From: a virus
Lineage: Duplodnaviria; Caudoviricetes
IMG/VR virus record: IMGVR_UViG_3300012172_000002
Coordinates: 1 to 40,435 of that record
Direction: 5' to 3' (one strand)
Length of the DNA stretch: 40,435 bases
Shown: positions 1 through 7,873 of the stretch, piece after piece
How the letters are laid out: each line of letters opens with the position of its first letter
Position numbering within the stretch: position 1 is the stretch's first letter
The notes under the pieces: generated by a model
What the model was told of the DNA's origin: nothing
Databases searched by the model: none
Seen by the model: only the letters and a program-made list of their open reading frames with translations
Position numbers and translations under genes: made by a program

Positions 1-123
1 ACATAAGATAGAAAATATTTTGAAATATTTTGATAAACTTGCTTTTTTAAATATAAGTGATTTTTAAGAAATGATGGAATGGATTAGCATTAAAGACAGA
101 CTTCCTGAAAATAAACAAAAAGT
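1..123. repeat. Terminal direct repeat, copy 1 (circular closure overlap)
   Basis: Bases 1-123 are identical to 40313-40435; the ORF at 40194-40379 and the start of the ORF at 71 read through the junction. Confidence 0.95.
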
Positions 124-271
124 GATTTTTTACGTAAAAGATCGCGATGAAATATTTTGCGGAAATTTCATTGATGGAAGATTTGAAGAAAATTTGGACA
201 GCTGGTTTTTTCTTGATGAATATATACCATACTGGATGCCTCTTCCAAATATTCCAGAGGATGATAAATGA
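71..271 (+). CDS. DUF551-like small phage protein
   Basis: MEWISIKDRLP...YWMPLP terminal motifs typical of the family. Confidence 0.75.
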   Translation: MMEWISIKDRLPENKQKVIFYVKDRDEIFCGNFIDGRFEENLDSWFFLDEYIPYWMPLPNIPEDDK

Positions 272-546
272 TACAAAAAGGTCTTAAGATAGGTTTGTTC
301 GATTGCAATAACATTGAACTTGCTCTTGGTGATAATGTAAGCTGCTTAAGAGAAACAGTATTGCCGAATTGGGATGGATGGGGAAGAGATATTCCTAAAG
401 ATGGCCCTACAACTTATCAAGTAGATTCTTATCATGGTCAAGTGGTTTATGAGCAAGAAACATATTCTTTTAAAATTGAAACGACAAGGGGATTGCGATT
501 TAGCCCATTCATGTTTAAAAAGATTGAAAAGGTTTTTGATAAATGA
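268..546 (+). CDS. YopX-like phage protein
   Basis: GLFDCNNIELALGDNV resembles the YopX GLxDxNGxEIYEGDIV motif; ATGA coupling at both ends. Confidence 0.5.
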   Translation: MIQKGLKIGLFDCNNIELALGDNVSCLRETVLPNWDGWGRDIPKDGPTTYQVDSYHGQVVYEQETYSFKIETTRGLRFSPFMFKKIEKVFDK

Positions 547-740
547 TCGAAGAAGGCTGGTACATAGTCGAAAACCAACATGGACAAAGCGGAAATGCCT
601 TTTGGGATGGCCAAAAATGGACGAATGTTAGCATGATCAAAGGCTCATGTATGTACTACGATAATCAAGAGATCATTAGTTGGATCGCTCTTGATCAGAA
701 AAGAGAAGTCAATACTAAAATGCATGATAGGTATAAATGA
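543..740 (+). CDS. Hypothetical protein
   Basis: ATGA-coupled at both ends in a run of small + strand genes. Confidence 0.6.
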   Translation: MIEEGWYIVENQHGQSGNAFWDGQKWTNVSMIKGSCMYYDNQEIISWIALDQKREVNTKMHDRYK

Positions 741-907
741 TTACCGATGACATAGACTATTTCCTTGAAGAAGTCTTCCCAAACATCACAAAGGAAGAAG
801 CCGACTTGATTGAGCAAGTGCTGCTATGGGATAATGAGAAGCAGGTAGCCTATAGGATGGCTAAGAGGATATTTGAGGAGAAAGATGATGGAATGGGTGT
901 ACGTTAA
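737..907 (+). CDS. Hypothetical protein, 56 aa (MITDDIDYFLEEVFP...), not in the ORF track
   Basis: Translated by hand; ATGA overlap with the previous stop; fills the gap in the operon. Confidence 0.55.
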   Translation: MITDDIDYFLEEVFPNITKEEADLIEQVLLWDNEKQVAYRMAKRIFEEKDDGMGVR

Positions 908-1094
908 GGAAAGACTACCAGATATTTCTAAAGAATGTTTAGTGGCCATACTTCAATTCCCTGATATGGGAAATGATGGTTACACCTATCTATTAGCTAC
1001 TTTTATCGATGAAGGATTTTTATCATTTGAAAATTCAAAGATCATTGATAATGTTACTTACTGGATGCCATTACCAGAACCACCGAAGGAATGA
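885..1094 (+). CDS. DUF551-like protein (copy 2)
   Basis: MMEWVYVKERLP...VTYWMPLPEPPKE; GAGGAG SD before the ATG at 885. Confidence 0.75.
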   Translation: MMEWVYVKERLPDISKECLVAILQFPDMGNDGYTYLLATFIDEGFLSFENSKIIDNVTYWMPLPEPPKE

Positions 1095-1095
1095 T

Positions 1096-1371
1096 ATGGA
1101 ATGGATCAGCGTTAAGAAAAGACTGCCTCCACTTAGCTACTATGAAAGCGATGATCCCGATTCCCCTTTTGAATCTTATAACGTATTGTTATATTGTGAT
1201 CCTGAAATATGCGTGGGCTATCTTGTCAAAAACCAGGATGAATTTGATTGGAATTTTGGAGATATGGGTTGGGAGTGTTATATACCCGATGATGGAGGCG
1301 GAACTATTAGAAAGATAGAATTCAAAAGCGTTACTCACTGGATGGAATTGCCTGAAGGGCCTAAAATATGA
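1096..1371 (+). CDS. DUF551-like protein (copy 3)
   Basis: MEWISVKKRLP...VTHWMELPEGP; start moved from 1009 to the ATG at 1096. Confidence 0.75.
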   Translation: MEWISVKKRLPPLSYYESDDPDSPFESYNVLLYCDPEICVGYLVKNQDEFDWNFGDMGWECYIPDDGGGTIRKIEFKSVTHWMELPEGPKI

Positions 1372-1399
1372 CAAATATCTTCCTTGTATGCTAAACCTA

Positions 1400-1416
1400 T
1401 GTAAAGCCGCTTTACA
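1400..1416. promoter_or_regulatory. Palindromic operator TGTAAAGC-N-GCTTTACA (copy 1)
   Basis: Perfect 8-1-8 inverted repeat, intergenic; the same arms recur at 31952-31968. Confidence 0.6.
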
Positions 1417-1427
1417 AGGGAGGGTCT

Positions 1428-1676
1428 ATGAACAGCATTAGCCCATTCGATAAGGCAATAATATGTACAGAGGACTCTAGGATATACTTTATCCGAGGGA
1501 TGGCACTTAGTGGCTATCGGACTATTTGCTTGATAGAATGCGAATGTGACTTATGGTATTTACTCTTTAGACCATTCGTGATGACTAGGAGCTGGCAAAG
1601 ACCAATTGTGAAGCAAAGAGCTTATGATCAAATTATTAATAGCATGTTTTTAGCTGCATTGAAGGGTAACTTATGA
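1428..1676 (+). CDS. Hypothetical protein, paralogue of 2031-2375
   Basis: GGGAGG SD; shares MNS, TExxRI, YLL(V)FRPF and PIxK blocks with 2031-2375. Confidence 0.6.
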   Translation: MNSISPFDKAIICTEDSRIYFIRGMALSGYRTICLIECECDLWYLLFRPFVMTRSWQRPIVKQRAYDQIINSMFLAALKGNL

Positions 1677-1999
1677 GTGATAAACAAGAGCAACTGGAAA
1701 ATAGATTCAGAAAGCATTTGAAAGATCTAGACTTAACACACTTGGAAGCTGTCATAACATTGGCGAGAACTTATCAGATCTTGGCTAATTTCTTGTTTAA
1801 AGTATATGGAGAAAAAACTTTGCAAGCTATAGCTAAAGCCCTAGATATGGACGAAGATAAAGTAAACATTATGCGCCAGTATTTCGATGCATCATCTTAT
1901 TTATTGATTCCATTTCAGAACATGACTCTGGATGAATACGAAAAAGGATTGAAATATTTGATAGATAAGGCTAACGAACAGGTTACCGACGCCGGCTAA
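1673..1999 (+). CDS. Hypothetical helical protein
   Basis: 108-aa ORF with ATGA coupling. Confidence 0.65.
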   Translation: MSDKQEQLENRFRKHLKDLDLTHLEAVITLARTYQILANFLFKVYGEKTLQAIAKALDMDEDKVNIMRQYFDASSYLLIPFQNMTLDEYEKGLKYLIDKANEQVTDAG

Positions 2000-2030
2000 C
2001 CGATCCACAATAGATCCACAAAGGAATAAA

Positions 2031-2375
2031 ATGAACTCATATACTATCCGAGATGTCATTGTTTACTCAACCGAGTTTGCTAGAATCGACCATATCACAG
2101 AGCAGTCAAATATTGGAAATAGGCTGATTAACCATAAAGAAATTGCTTTAGGTCAGTATTTGCTTGTTTTTAGGCCATTCAGCATATCAAAAGATCTTGA
2201 ACAACCTATCTGTAAAAGACAGATTAGAGATAAGCATGACTATCTAACGAAACTCTTTCAAGAAGCCATTAGACCAAGTTCTACCCATATGGCTGAATCG
2301 GCTCTGAAATGCTATCTAAAGAGACTGAGGGATTCAAGTGACGTTGATTCTAACTCATATTCTATGACTGATTAG
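2031..2375 (+). CDS. Hypothetical protein, paralogue of 1428-1676
   Basis: AAGGA SD; shared motifs; converges on the terL stop. Confidence 0.6.
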   Translation: MNSYTIRDVIVYSTEFARIDHITEQSNIGNRLINHKEIALGQYLLVFRPFSISKDLEQPICKRQIRDKHDYLTKLFQEAIRPSSTHMAESALKCYLKRLRDSSDVDSNSYSMTD

Positions 2376-2382
2376 ATTCTAT

Positions 2383-3972
2383 CTATAGGAACACGCTCTT
2401 GTAACCACGCATCGGGTCTTGATTAGATCGGAAGGTGTCAACGTCGTAAAGGTATGAACCGGGAAGTAAGCCTGATGAATCTCGCTTGGATTCTAGTTCT
2501 TCACGGGCCTTCTCGATTTCTGATTTCTGCCCTGTTATGAAATGTAATCCTGTGGCTAGAGTGCGGAAAGCATCCGAGCCGTGGGAGGCCCAATTATGCA
2601 AAGGGTCTTTGCGCCAACAACCGTTTTTATCGTCCCAATCTTTGCGGTAGTTTTCCAAAGCTTTGATACCTTTTTCACAGTTTTTTTCATCGAACCAACA
2701 GTTGTTAAGAAGGTTTCGGCACATATCAATCCCACGGATGACGTCGAACTTGGAAACCGGTGTCATCATCACGCCAAGGTTCGCAGCAACTGCTTGCCTA
2801 GACATACCAGAAGTTAGCTCTTTAACGCGAATGTCGTGTGGGGCTAAGTGCGTGCCATAGGTGTATGGCTTCTTCTTGACGAAGTTTAGCCAGGTTTCAA
2901 GAGAATCGCCTGAGCCCTCAGCGTATTCGATCAAGCGAATCTCTTTGCCATGTATCTGGAAAAACCATATGGCCATAGCATCATTGTAGCCTAGATCCCA
3001 AGCGGTATGGACTAGCAGGGCTTCATTGTATGGCAAGGATGTGATACGACGCTCTACGCGTGCCTGGACGATTAATTTGCCATAATATGTGCCTTGATTG
3101 GATACTTCCCAAGCTTCGGTAGACGTTGAAGGGAATTCGCGGCGCATGTCGTCGCCAAGCACGAGTTGCTTTTGAGCGTACCAATACTTTTGCTCTAGGT
3201 CTAACGATATGCCCTGAGCTAGCAGAGTCATGAAGTAATCGTGATGATCTTGGGTTAAATTGGCGACTGATCCTAATCTATATGATGGATCTCTCCACCA
3301 AGGAAAGAAATGAAACTTGAAGTCTAGTTGGGATAGCTTGGCTTTAGAATCAAATAGCTCCTTAGCCTGCTTGCACATGTCGAAGAAATAACCCTCTCTG
3401 CCTTCTGCTGTGCTCTCTATGAATACGAATTGCCCCGCGGCTAAAGTGTTTAGCGATCCAGTTATGATCTCTCTAGCCTTATCAGGATATTGAATACATA
3501 CCTTACCGAACTCACTTATGTGCAGGTATTGCAGCGTAGATGATCTAAGCGACGTGCCTACACGAATGCTAGACCCATTGCTAAACTTAAGCATTTGGCT
3601 AGTGTCATTGTCAGCCTTGACATGATCCTTAATAGCCTCTGGAAGATTATCGTAAGCGTACTTGATACGCCTAAATAGCTGTTGCCCGTCCTCTTGAGTG
3701 TGAGCAATGATACCTGCTGATACGTCCTTATTGAATAGGCATCTATCGAGATACAGGAGACATATATATGTTGAGATACCTAGCTGACGCGCTTTGAGTA
3801 CAATGTTGCAATACCAGGTATTTAGCCATAACTCTTGCTGAGCCCAATTGAGTTTAAAAAGGACACGTTGACCCTTCTTGTCCACAATCTGGTAGAGATT
3901 GTTTATCCTCCAGTAAGGGCTTGTCAATCTGCTCTTGACCAAGTTCATTTCCTCTGTCGTGTACTGTCTCAC
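2383..3972 (-). CDS. terL: Terminase large subunit
   Basis: Walker A KARQLGIST, Walker B LHISEFG, coupling motif ESTAEG, nuclease motifs AWDLG and HGSDAFR. Confidence 0.93.
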   Translation of the reverse strand: MRQYTTEEMNLVKSRLTSPYWRINNLYQIVDKKGQRVLFKLNWAQQELWLNTWYCNIVLKARQLGISTYICLLYLDRCLFNKDVSAGIIAHTQEDGQQLFRRIKYAYDNLPEAIKDHVKADNDTSQMLKFSNGSSIRVGTSLRSSTLQYLHISEFGKVCIQYPDKAREIITGSLNTLAAGQFVFIESTAEGREGYFFDMCKQAKELFDSKAKLSQLDFKFHFFPWWRDPSYRLGSVANLTQDHHDYFMTLLAQGISLDLEQKYWYAQKQLVLGDDMRREFPSTSTEAWEVSNQGTYYGKLIVQARVERRITSLPYNEALLVHTAWDLGYNDAMAIWFFQIHGKEIRLIEYAEGSGDSLETWLNFVKKKPYTYGTHLAPHDIRVKELTSGMSRQAVAANLGVMMTPVSKFDVIRGIDMCRNLLNNCWFDEKNCEKGIKALENYRKDWDDKNGCWRKDPLHNWASHGSDAFRTLATGLHFITGQKSEIEKAREELESKRDSSGLLPGSYLYDVDTFRSNQDPMRGYKSVFL

Positions 3973-4399
3973 AATGCCCCTCGATCAAGTTCTTATTGTC
4001 GCTTCCCTCTAGAGCAAAAGCAAGAGGGTTCACACTGTCACCTGATAGCTTCTGTTCTGTCTTCAAATGTATCTGGTGTCCATGAGATAATATTAATGCA
4101 CACATAGGATATGCATATTTCTTAGTTAATCCGCCTTCAAATAGCTTATATCTTTGTTTTATTTTAAGCTTTTCATAAGCCTTAGTAAACTTTTCGCATT
4201 TATTGATAAATCTTCTTATATCAGGCTCTGACAAATCTTGTTCGTAACAAAACTTTTCAAAGAAAATGTTTTTCTCATCTTTTTCCAACCAATATTCTAG
4301 TATATCAGCAATACCCGCTACGAATTGAGGTGTATATTTTGTAGGCCTTCCTCCATGGTTAGGCTTAAACATTTCTATTTCAGTATCTTGAGAGTTCAT
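3854..4399 (-). CDS. terS: Terminase small subunit
   Basis: GGRPTKY N-terminal motif; immediately upstream of terL. Confidence 0.75.
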   Translation of the reverse strand: MNSQDTEIEMFKPNHGGRPTKYTPQFVAGIADILEYWLEKDEKNIFFEKFCYEQDLSEPDIRRFINKCEKFTKAYEKLKIKQRYKLFEGGLTKKYAYPMCALILSHGHQIHLKTEQKLSGDSVNPLAFALEGSDNKNLIEGHCETVHDRGNELGQEQIDKPLLEDKQSLPDCGQEGSTCPF

Positions 4400-4472
4400 C
4401 TTTCACCTCTTTGTCATAAAGTTAGCAATATCAGCAATTTACGATCAAGGAAAAAATTTTGCATTCAATATG

Positions 4473-4502
4473 TTGACTTATTTAGTGAACATATGTTAAT
4501 AT
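4473..4502 (+). promoter_or_regulatory. Sigma70-type early promoter
   Basis: TTGACT-18 nt-TAATAT with extended TGn; divergent from terS. Confidence 0.6.
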
Positions 4503-4508
4503 CACATG

Positions 4509-4569
4509 TATCAAAGCAAGTTCCTTGGTGACTGGTTCATCAAGACCAGCAAGTCGAGCTACTTTGATA
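4509..4569 (+). promoter_or_regulatory. Long 5-prime leader hairpin
   Basis: Nested stems TATCAAAG/CTTTGATA, AGTTC/GAGCT, CTTG/CAAG and CTGGT/ACCAG starting at the predicted TSS. Confidence 0.55.
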
Positions 4570-4606
4570 GGTAAGACAAAAACAACAACGTTAAGGAGTA
4601 AGTATC

Positions 4607-4810
4607 ATGATAGTCAAAGATTACACACATGAGTTGATGATAAATGCCACAACGGGCGAGTTATATATGAGGCCATTAGATAAAGAGGAGATATTCGACT
4701 TTATCGATAGCAAGTTTAGTGATGAAGAACCCGTGGGCAAGCTTAATGCCTTAGAGAAAGCCGGGTTAACCCTAGATGATATATTAAATTTTGCGTTAAG
4801 GAAGGAGTAG
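4607..4810 (+). CDS. Small acidic early protein
   Basis: AAGGAG SD; first gene of the operon. Confidence 0.7.
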   Translation: MIVKDYTHELMINATTGELYMRPLDKEEIFDFIDSKFSDEEPVGKLNALEKAGLTLDDILNFALRKE

Positions 4811-4814
4811 AATC

Positions 4815-5237
4815 ATGAAATATAAACAATATATGGAATCAAGGCTATTCGGTGAAGAAGGTAACAGGCATTCACGATATTTCACCAAAGACAACGCCCC
4901 ACAAGATTTAAGCGACCTTATCCATGATATACACAATGAATTAGGACAGGGCCTTCCAACTGATTGGGTCTATGAGCAAGTATATGATGCTATTTACTCA
5001 TATGAGAAGGATGGAGTAACAGATTTTGACGATTTAAGCATAGAATCAGATATCTACAATCTTTTTGATTGGGCACGTGACTTTGTTGATATGATAGATG
5101 AAGCAAGCCAAGAGTTAGGAAGGGGAGAAGATATCCATTCAGAGATTGCGCAAGCAAATTGGTATTGCAAAGACCGTATCTATCGCCTAGTGTATGAGTT
5201 TTTGGATAAAGCCGAAGATGAGGAGGAAGAATCATGA
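4815..5237 (+). CDS. Highly acidic protein, candidate Ocr-like DNA mimic (anti-restriction)
   Basis: 140 aa, D/E-rich, EDEEEES tail, early-operon position; the CDS is solid but the function is inferred. Confidence 0.5.
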   Translation: MKYKQYMESRLFGEEGNRHSRYFTKDNAPQDLSDLIHDIHNELGQGLPTDWVYEQVYDAIYSYEKDGVTDFDDLSIESDIYNLFDWARDFVDMIDEASQELGRGEDIHSEIAQANWYCKDRIYRLVYEFLDKAEDEEEES

Positions 5238-5404
5238 GCATATATTTTTGTGTAGGCTGCGATCAGTACAAAGATTCGGACTATGATGGCTATCATGAGG
5301 GGCCTAATGAAGGCTATATCTGTGATGAATGTGAATGCAAGGCGCATGAGGAGTTTTTCAGGGATTCAATGGATCAGCTTAGAAAAATGATGAAAGGAGG
5401 ATGA
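5234..5404 (+). CDS. Small CxxC...CxxC zinc-binding protein, 56 aa, not in the ORF track
   Basis: Hand translation MSIYFCVGCDQ...ICDECEC; GAGGAG SD and ATGA coupling. Confidence 0.6.
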   Translation: MSIYFCVGCDQYKDSDYDGYHEGPNEGYICDECECKAHEEFFRDSMDQLRKMMKGG

Positions 5405-5407
5405 AGA

Positions 5408-5638
5408 ATGTATTATTTAGAAATTTTAGACAGCCCTACCAATTTGTCAAATGAAATAGGGGATCACAATAGCTTTGATAATATGGCGCAAGTTTATGAA
5501 GCCATAGGCGAGTTAGAGGAAAAAGCCATAAAAAGATCCGAAACCGTCTTATTTGTTTGGAGAGTTTTGGATGACGAAGGGGATTCGGTAGAGATAATAA
5601 GAAATAATTATGTGGGCCATTTCGAATGGTGTTTTTAG
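5408..5638 (+). CDS. Small acidic hypothetical protein
   Basis: AGGAGG SD. Confidence 0.65.
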   Translation: MYYLEILDSPTNLSNEIGDHNSFDNMAQVYEAIGELEEKAIKRSETVLFVWRVLDDEGDSVEIIRNNYVGHFEWCF

Positions 5639-5658
5639 GGGGTCAAAACCCCATTTTT
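5638..5658 (+). terminator. Possible intrinsic terminator
   Basis: GGGGT/ACCCC stem followed by ATTTTT after the stop. Confidence 0.4.
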
Positions 5659-5696
5659 ACGAGTGAGTCAAAAATTTACTTTACAAGGAAATTGAT

Positions 5697-5942
5697 ATGG
5701 ATGAATCGGATATACTTTGGGAAAAGGTTAAGAAAGTCATAGCTCAAGAGCTAAGGAAGCATTGCAAAGAGGAAGATATGAGCTTAATGGATTTTACCAT
5801 AGAGCTTCTTAGCTTCATGAATGCTATAAGAAAAAATGCATCATTCACGAAAGAAGAAAGAGAGGCATTTAATGATGTCTTAGAGTTGCTTGGATCTATA
5901 CAAGATAAAATAAACACGGAGTTTCCCGATGAGCAAGCCTAG
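5697..5942 (+). CDS. Hypothetical protein
   Basis: AAGGA SD; 81-aa ORF. Confidence 0.65.
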   Translation: MDESDILWEKVKKVIAQELRKHCKEEDMSLMDFTIELLSFMNAIRKNASFTKEEREAFNDVLELLGSIQDKINTEFPDEQA

Positions 5943-6114
5943 CCTTGAAGACCTGATCATTATGCTAGATGAGATGAATAAGAGCTTTGACAATCTTCCT
6001 TTGCATGCACAATGTGGCTATGTTACACACTGCGACTTAAACGCTTCAATGCTATTGATTGCGGAGATACTTAAGAACCTAGCTAACAACAAGGCTAGCC
6101 CTAACCCTGATTGA
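5929..6114 (+). CDS. Hypothetical protein
   Basis: Short overlap with the upstream gene; last + strand gene of the block. Confidence 0.6.
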   Translation: MSKPSLEDLIIMLDEMNKSFDNLPLHAQCGYVTHCDLNASMLLIAEILKNLANNKASPNPD

Positions 6115-6273
6115 TTCGGGCTCTGATCCGAAGTTCTTAAGGGTTTTCTCGATGCAATCCTTAATGATGGGATCTTCTTCTGTGAATTGGTAACTCTCAT
6201 AGAGTAGAAATTTCTCTGTGAGAGTTTTTTCTTCGTCCTTGATCGTTACCGATAGCTCACTTGCCGAGGTCAT
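6079..6273 (-). CDS. Hypothetical protein
   Basis: 64-aa ORF closing the minus-strand operon. Confidence 0.6.
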   Translation of the reverse strand: MTSASELSVTIKDEEKTLTEKFLLYESYQFTEEDPIIKDCIEKTLKNFGSEPESIRVRASLVVS

Positions 6274-6367
6274 CCTTAACCGATTTAATTAGGTTGAAAA
6301 TGACAAAACCAACGATCAAACACAGGAGGCCCGCGGCCGCAATATGGCAAAAGTTAATATCTAGCAT
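6257..6367 (-). CDS. 36-aa single-transmembrane peptide (MLDINFCHIAAAGLLCLIVGFVIFNLIKSVKDDLGK)
   Basis: Translated by hand; overlaps neighbours at both ends; hydrophobic core. Confidence 0.45.
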   Translation of the reverse strand: MLDINFCHIAAAGLLCLIVGFVIFNLIKSVKDDLGK

Positions 6368-6486
6368 TTCTTTTTCTTAGCCTTTTCAATGATTTTGTCG
6401 TGCTTCTTGTCCTCTTTCAGCAAGGCTGATTCTTCTTTCATGAGTTTTTTGGTGTTTTTCTGTAACTTCTTTATTTTTTTGTCCAT
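6361..6486 (-). CDS. 41-aa lysine-rich protein (MDKKIKKLQKNTKKLMKEESALLKEDKKHDK...)
   Basis: Translated by hand; AAGG SD; similar composition to 32160-32270. Confidence 0.55.
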   Translation of the reverse strand: MDKKIKKLQKNTKKLMKEESALLKEDKKHDKIIEKAKKKKC

Positions 6487-6578
6487 TTCTAACCTTTTTG
6501 GCTACGTATCGATCTATGTTTATCCAGTTGTGGGAGGGCATAACCCTTCCCACATATTGATTGTAATATGTAATCATA

Positions 6579-7136
6579 TTAAAAATTTCTTGCAAGTCCT
6601 AAGTTTACACTATGGTTTTTCTTATGTTGCTGGCCGATAAAGTACTTATAATCAGCGCTTATGGAATAGTTTTCATCTATTGGATACTTACCACCGACAA
6701 TCAGCTGATAGGCAATTCGATTATCTCTGAATTTTTCAGAAATGACCTCGATGGCCTTCACCTTTTGATGGTCGACGTTTTTGCAATAGCCGGCACCTAG
6801 ACCAACATATGGAGTGACAGTTTTAAAATTAAGTTGGGCGATATCATAGATAATGTTAGCCATGTAGGCCCATGAGTAGTTAGATTGGAACTGTTTAGAA
6901 TCATTTTGCTCATCATAAACCGTGCGTTTATGGCTTTGTCTGTAAGAAATTTCAAGTTCACCTCTGAGATTTTCGGAGAATCCATAGCCATAAGTTACAC
7001 CGGCTTTAAATCCTACTTTTTGCCCCGAGTTAGAAACATCGGTCTTGAATCCGTAATCCGTTCCTCCATGGAAGGAAACGTATTGACTTGCGCTTAGTGA
7101 TACAGGCAATAGGGCAAGAAACAAAAATTTTTTCAT
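6579..7136 (-). CDS. Outer-membrane beta-barrel protein (Opa/NspA/Ail-like, 8-stranded class)
   Basis: Signal peptide MKKFLFLALLPVSLSA; motifs RGELEISYR, MANIIYD, TPYVGLGAGY, AYQLIVG; C-terminal Phe. Confidence 0.85.
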   Translation of the reverse strand: MKKFLFLALLPVSLSASQYVSFHGGTDYGFKTDVSNSGQKVGFKAGVTYGYGFSENLRGELEISYRQSHKRTVYDEQNDSKQFQSNYSWAYMANIIYDIAQLNFKTVTPYVGLGAGYCKNVDHQKVKAIEVISEKFRDNRIAYQLIVGGKYPIDENYSISADYKYFIGQQHKKNHSVNLGLARNF

Positions 7137-7246
7137 AAATTCCTCTTAAGTAAAGTTAATTTACGCTCACAATATGTTTTAAAGGCATATTGAAAACATG
7201 ATCTTACTATAGCTTAAGGACTTTTTTTTGTCTCTAAAGAATTTTA

Positions 7247-7459
7247 TTACCTAGAGAGATCATAAGTCACTGAGTCATAGACTTCGTATTTTTTGATTAT
7301 CTTAAGTAACTGTGAGATATAAGACTCACGTTGCAGCATTGTGAGCCAGTGTTTTCCGGTTGGTTTCAGTTCGTAATTTTTTCTACCTCTTGCAGTGAGG
7401 AAGTTATTCCATTTTGTATCAATCTCTCGGATTGCCTTAGCGTCATCTTTTTTGATCAT
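7247..7459 (-). CDS. Hypothetical basic protein
   Basis: ATG directly after the stop of the upstream gene. Confidence 0.55.
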   Translation of the reverse strand: MIKKDDAKAIREIDTKWNNFLTARGRKNYELKPTGKHWLTMLQRESYISQLLKIIKKYEVYDSVTYDLSR

Positions 7460-7460
7460 G

Positions 7461-7775
7461 TCAAACCTTGGTAACAATTTTGATGTTTATGGGATAAATA
7501 GCTTCTACCATTTTTCTTTTGGCAATTGATATGGGTGTATCTTTTCCTTTAACGTCGATGACTTCCACCGTCCCATCTTGCAAAAATACAAGAAAGTCGG
7601 CGACATACTTAACTTCTCCTGGAAGATGAAAAGGGACTTGGCGCAAGAAAAAGAGAACATCGGCCTTCATTCTTACTTTTAACAATTCATAGTATCTTGA
7701 TTCAAGCTTTGAATCAAACCTAAACCCATCTCTTTCAGTGGGTTTGGCGTGGAATTTGTGTTTAACAACTCTCAT
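7461..7775 (-). CDS. DUF1064-like PD-(D/E)xK nuclease
   Basis: DGFRFDSKLE, RQVPFHL, YVADF, VIDVKG motifs. Confidence 0.85.
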   Translation of the reverse strand: MRVVKHKFHAKPTERDGFRFDSKLESRYYELLKVRMKADVLFFLRQVPFHLPGEVKYVADFLVFLQDGTVEVIDVKGKDTPISIAKRKMVEAIYPINIKIVTKV

Positions 7776-7844
7776 AAGAAATGGGTTTACATAAAATCGT
7801 GATTTTTGTAAAAATAAATTTGTCCTAGTTAACGTTTTGTTTTT

Positions 7845-7873
7845 CCCCCGGTTGTGAGCCGGGGGTTTTTTTT
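7845..7873 (+). terminator. Intrinsic terminator on the + strand, antisense to the flanking genes
   Basis: CCCCCGG/CCGGGGG stem followed by 8 T; on the minus strand the stem is followed by A. Confidence 0.7.

Noticed and set aside
1-123. 123-bp terminal repeat as a biological DTR
   Set aside because: It cuts through coding sequence in an accessory operon and is most simply an assembly overlap of a circular or permuted genome; read-end data would be needed
6386-6595. 69-aa minus-strand ORF after the OMP gene
   Set aside because: It overlaps the better supported Lys-rich ORF 6361-6486 in another frame; its 5-prime half may be real but I cannot support it
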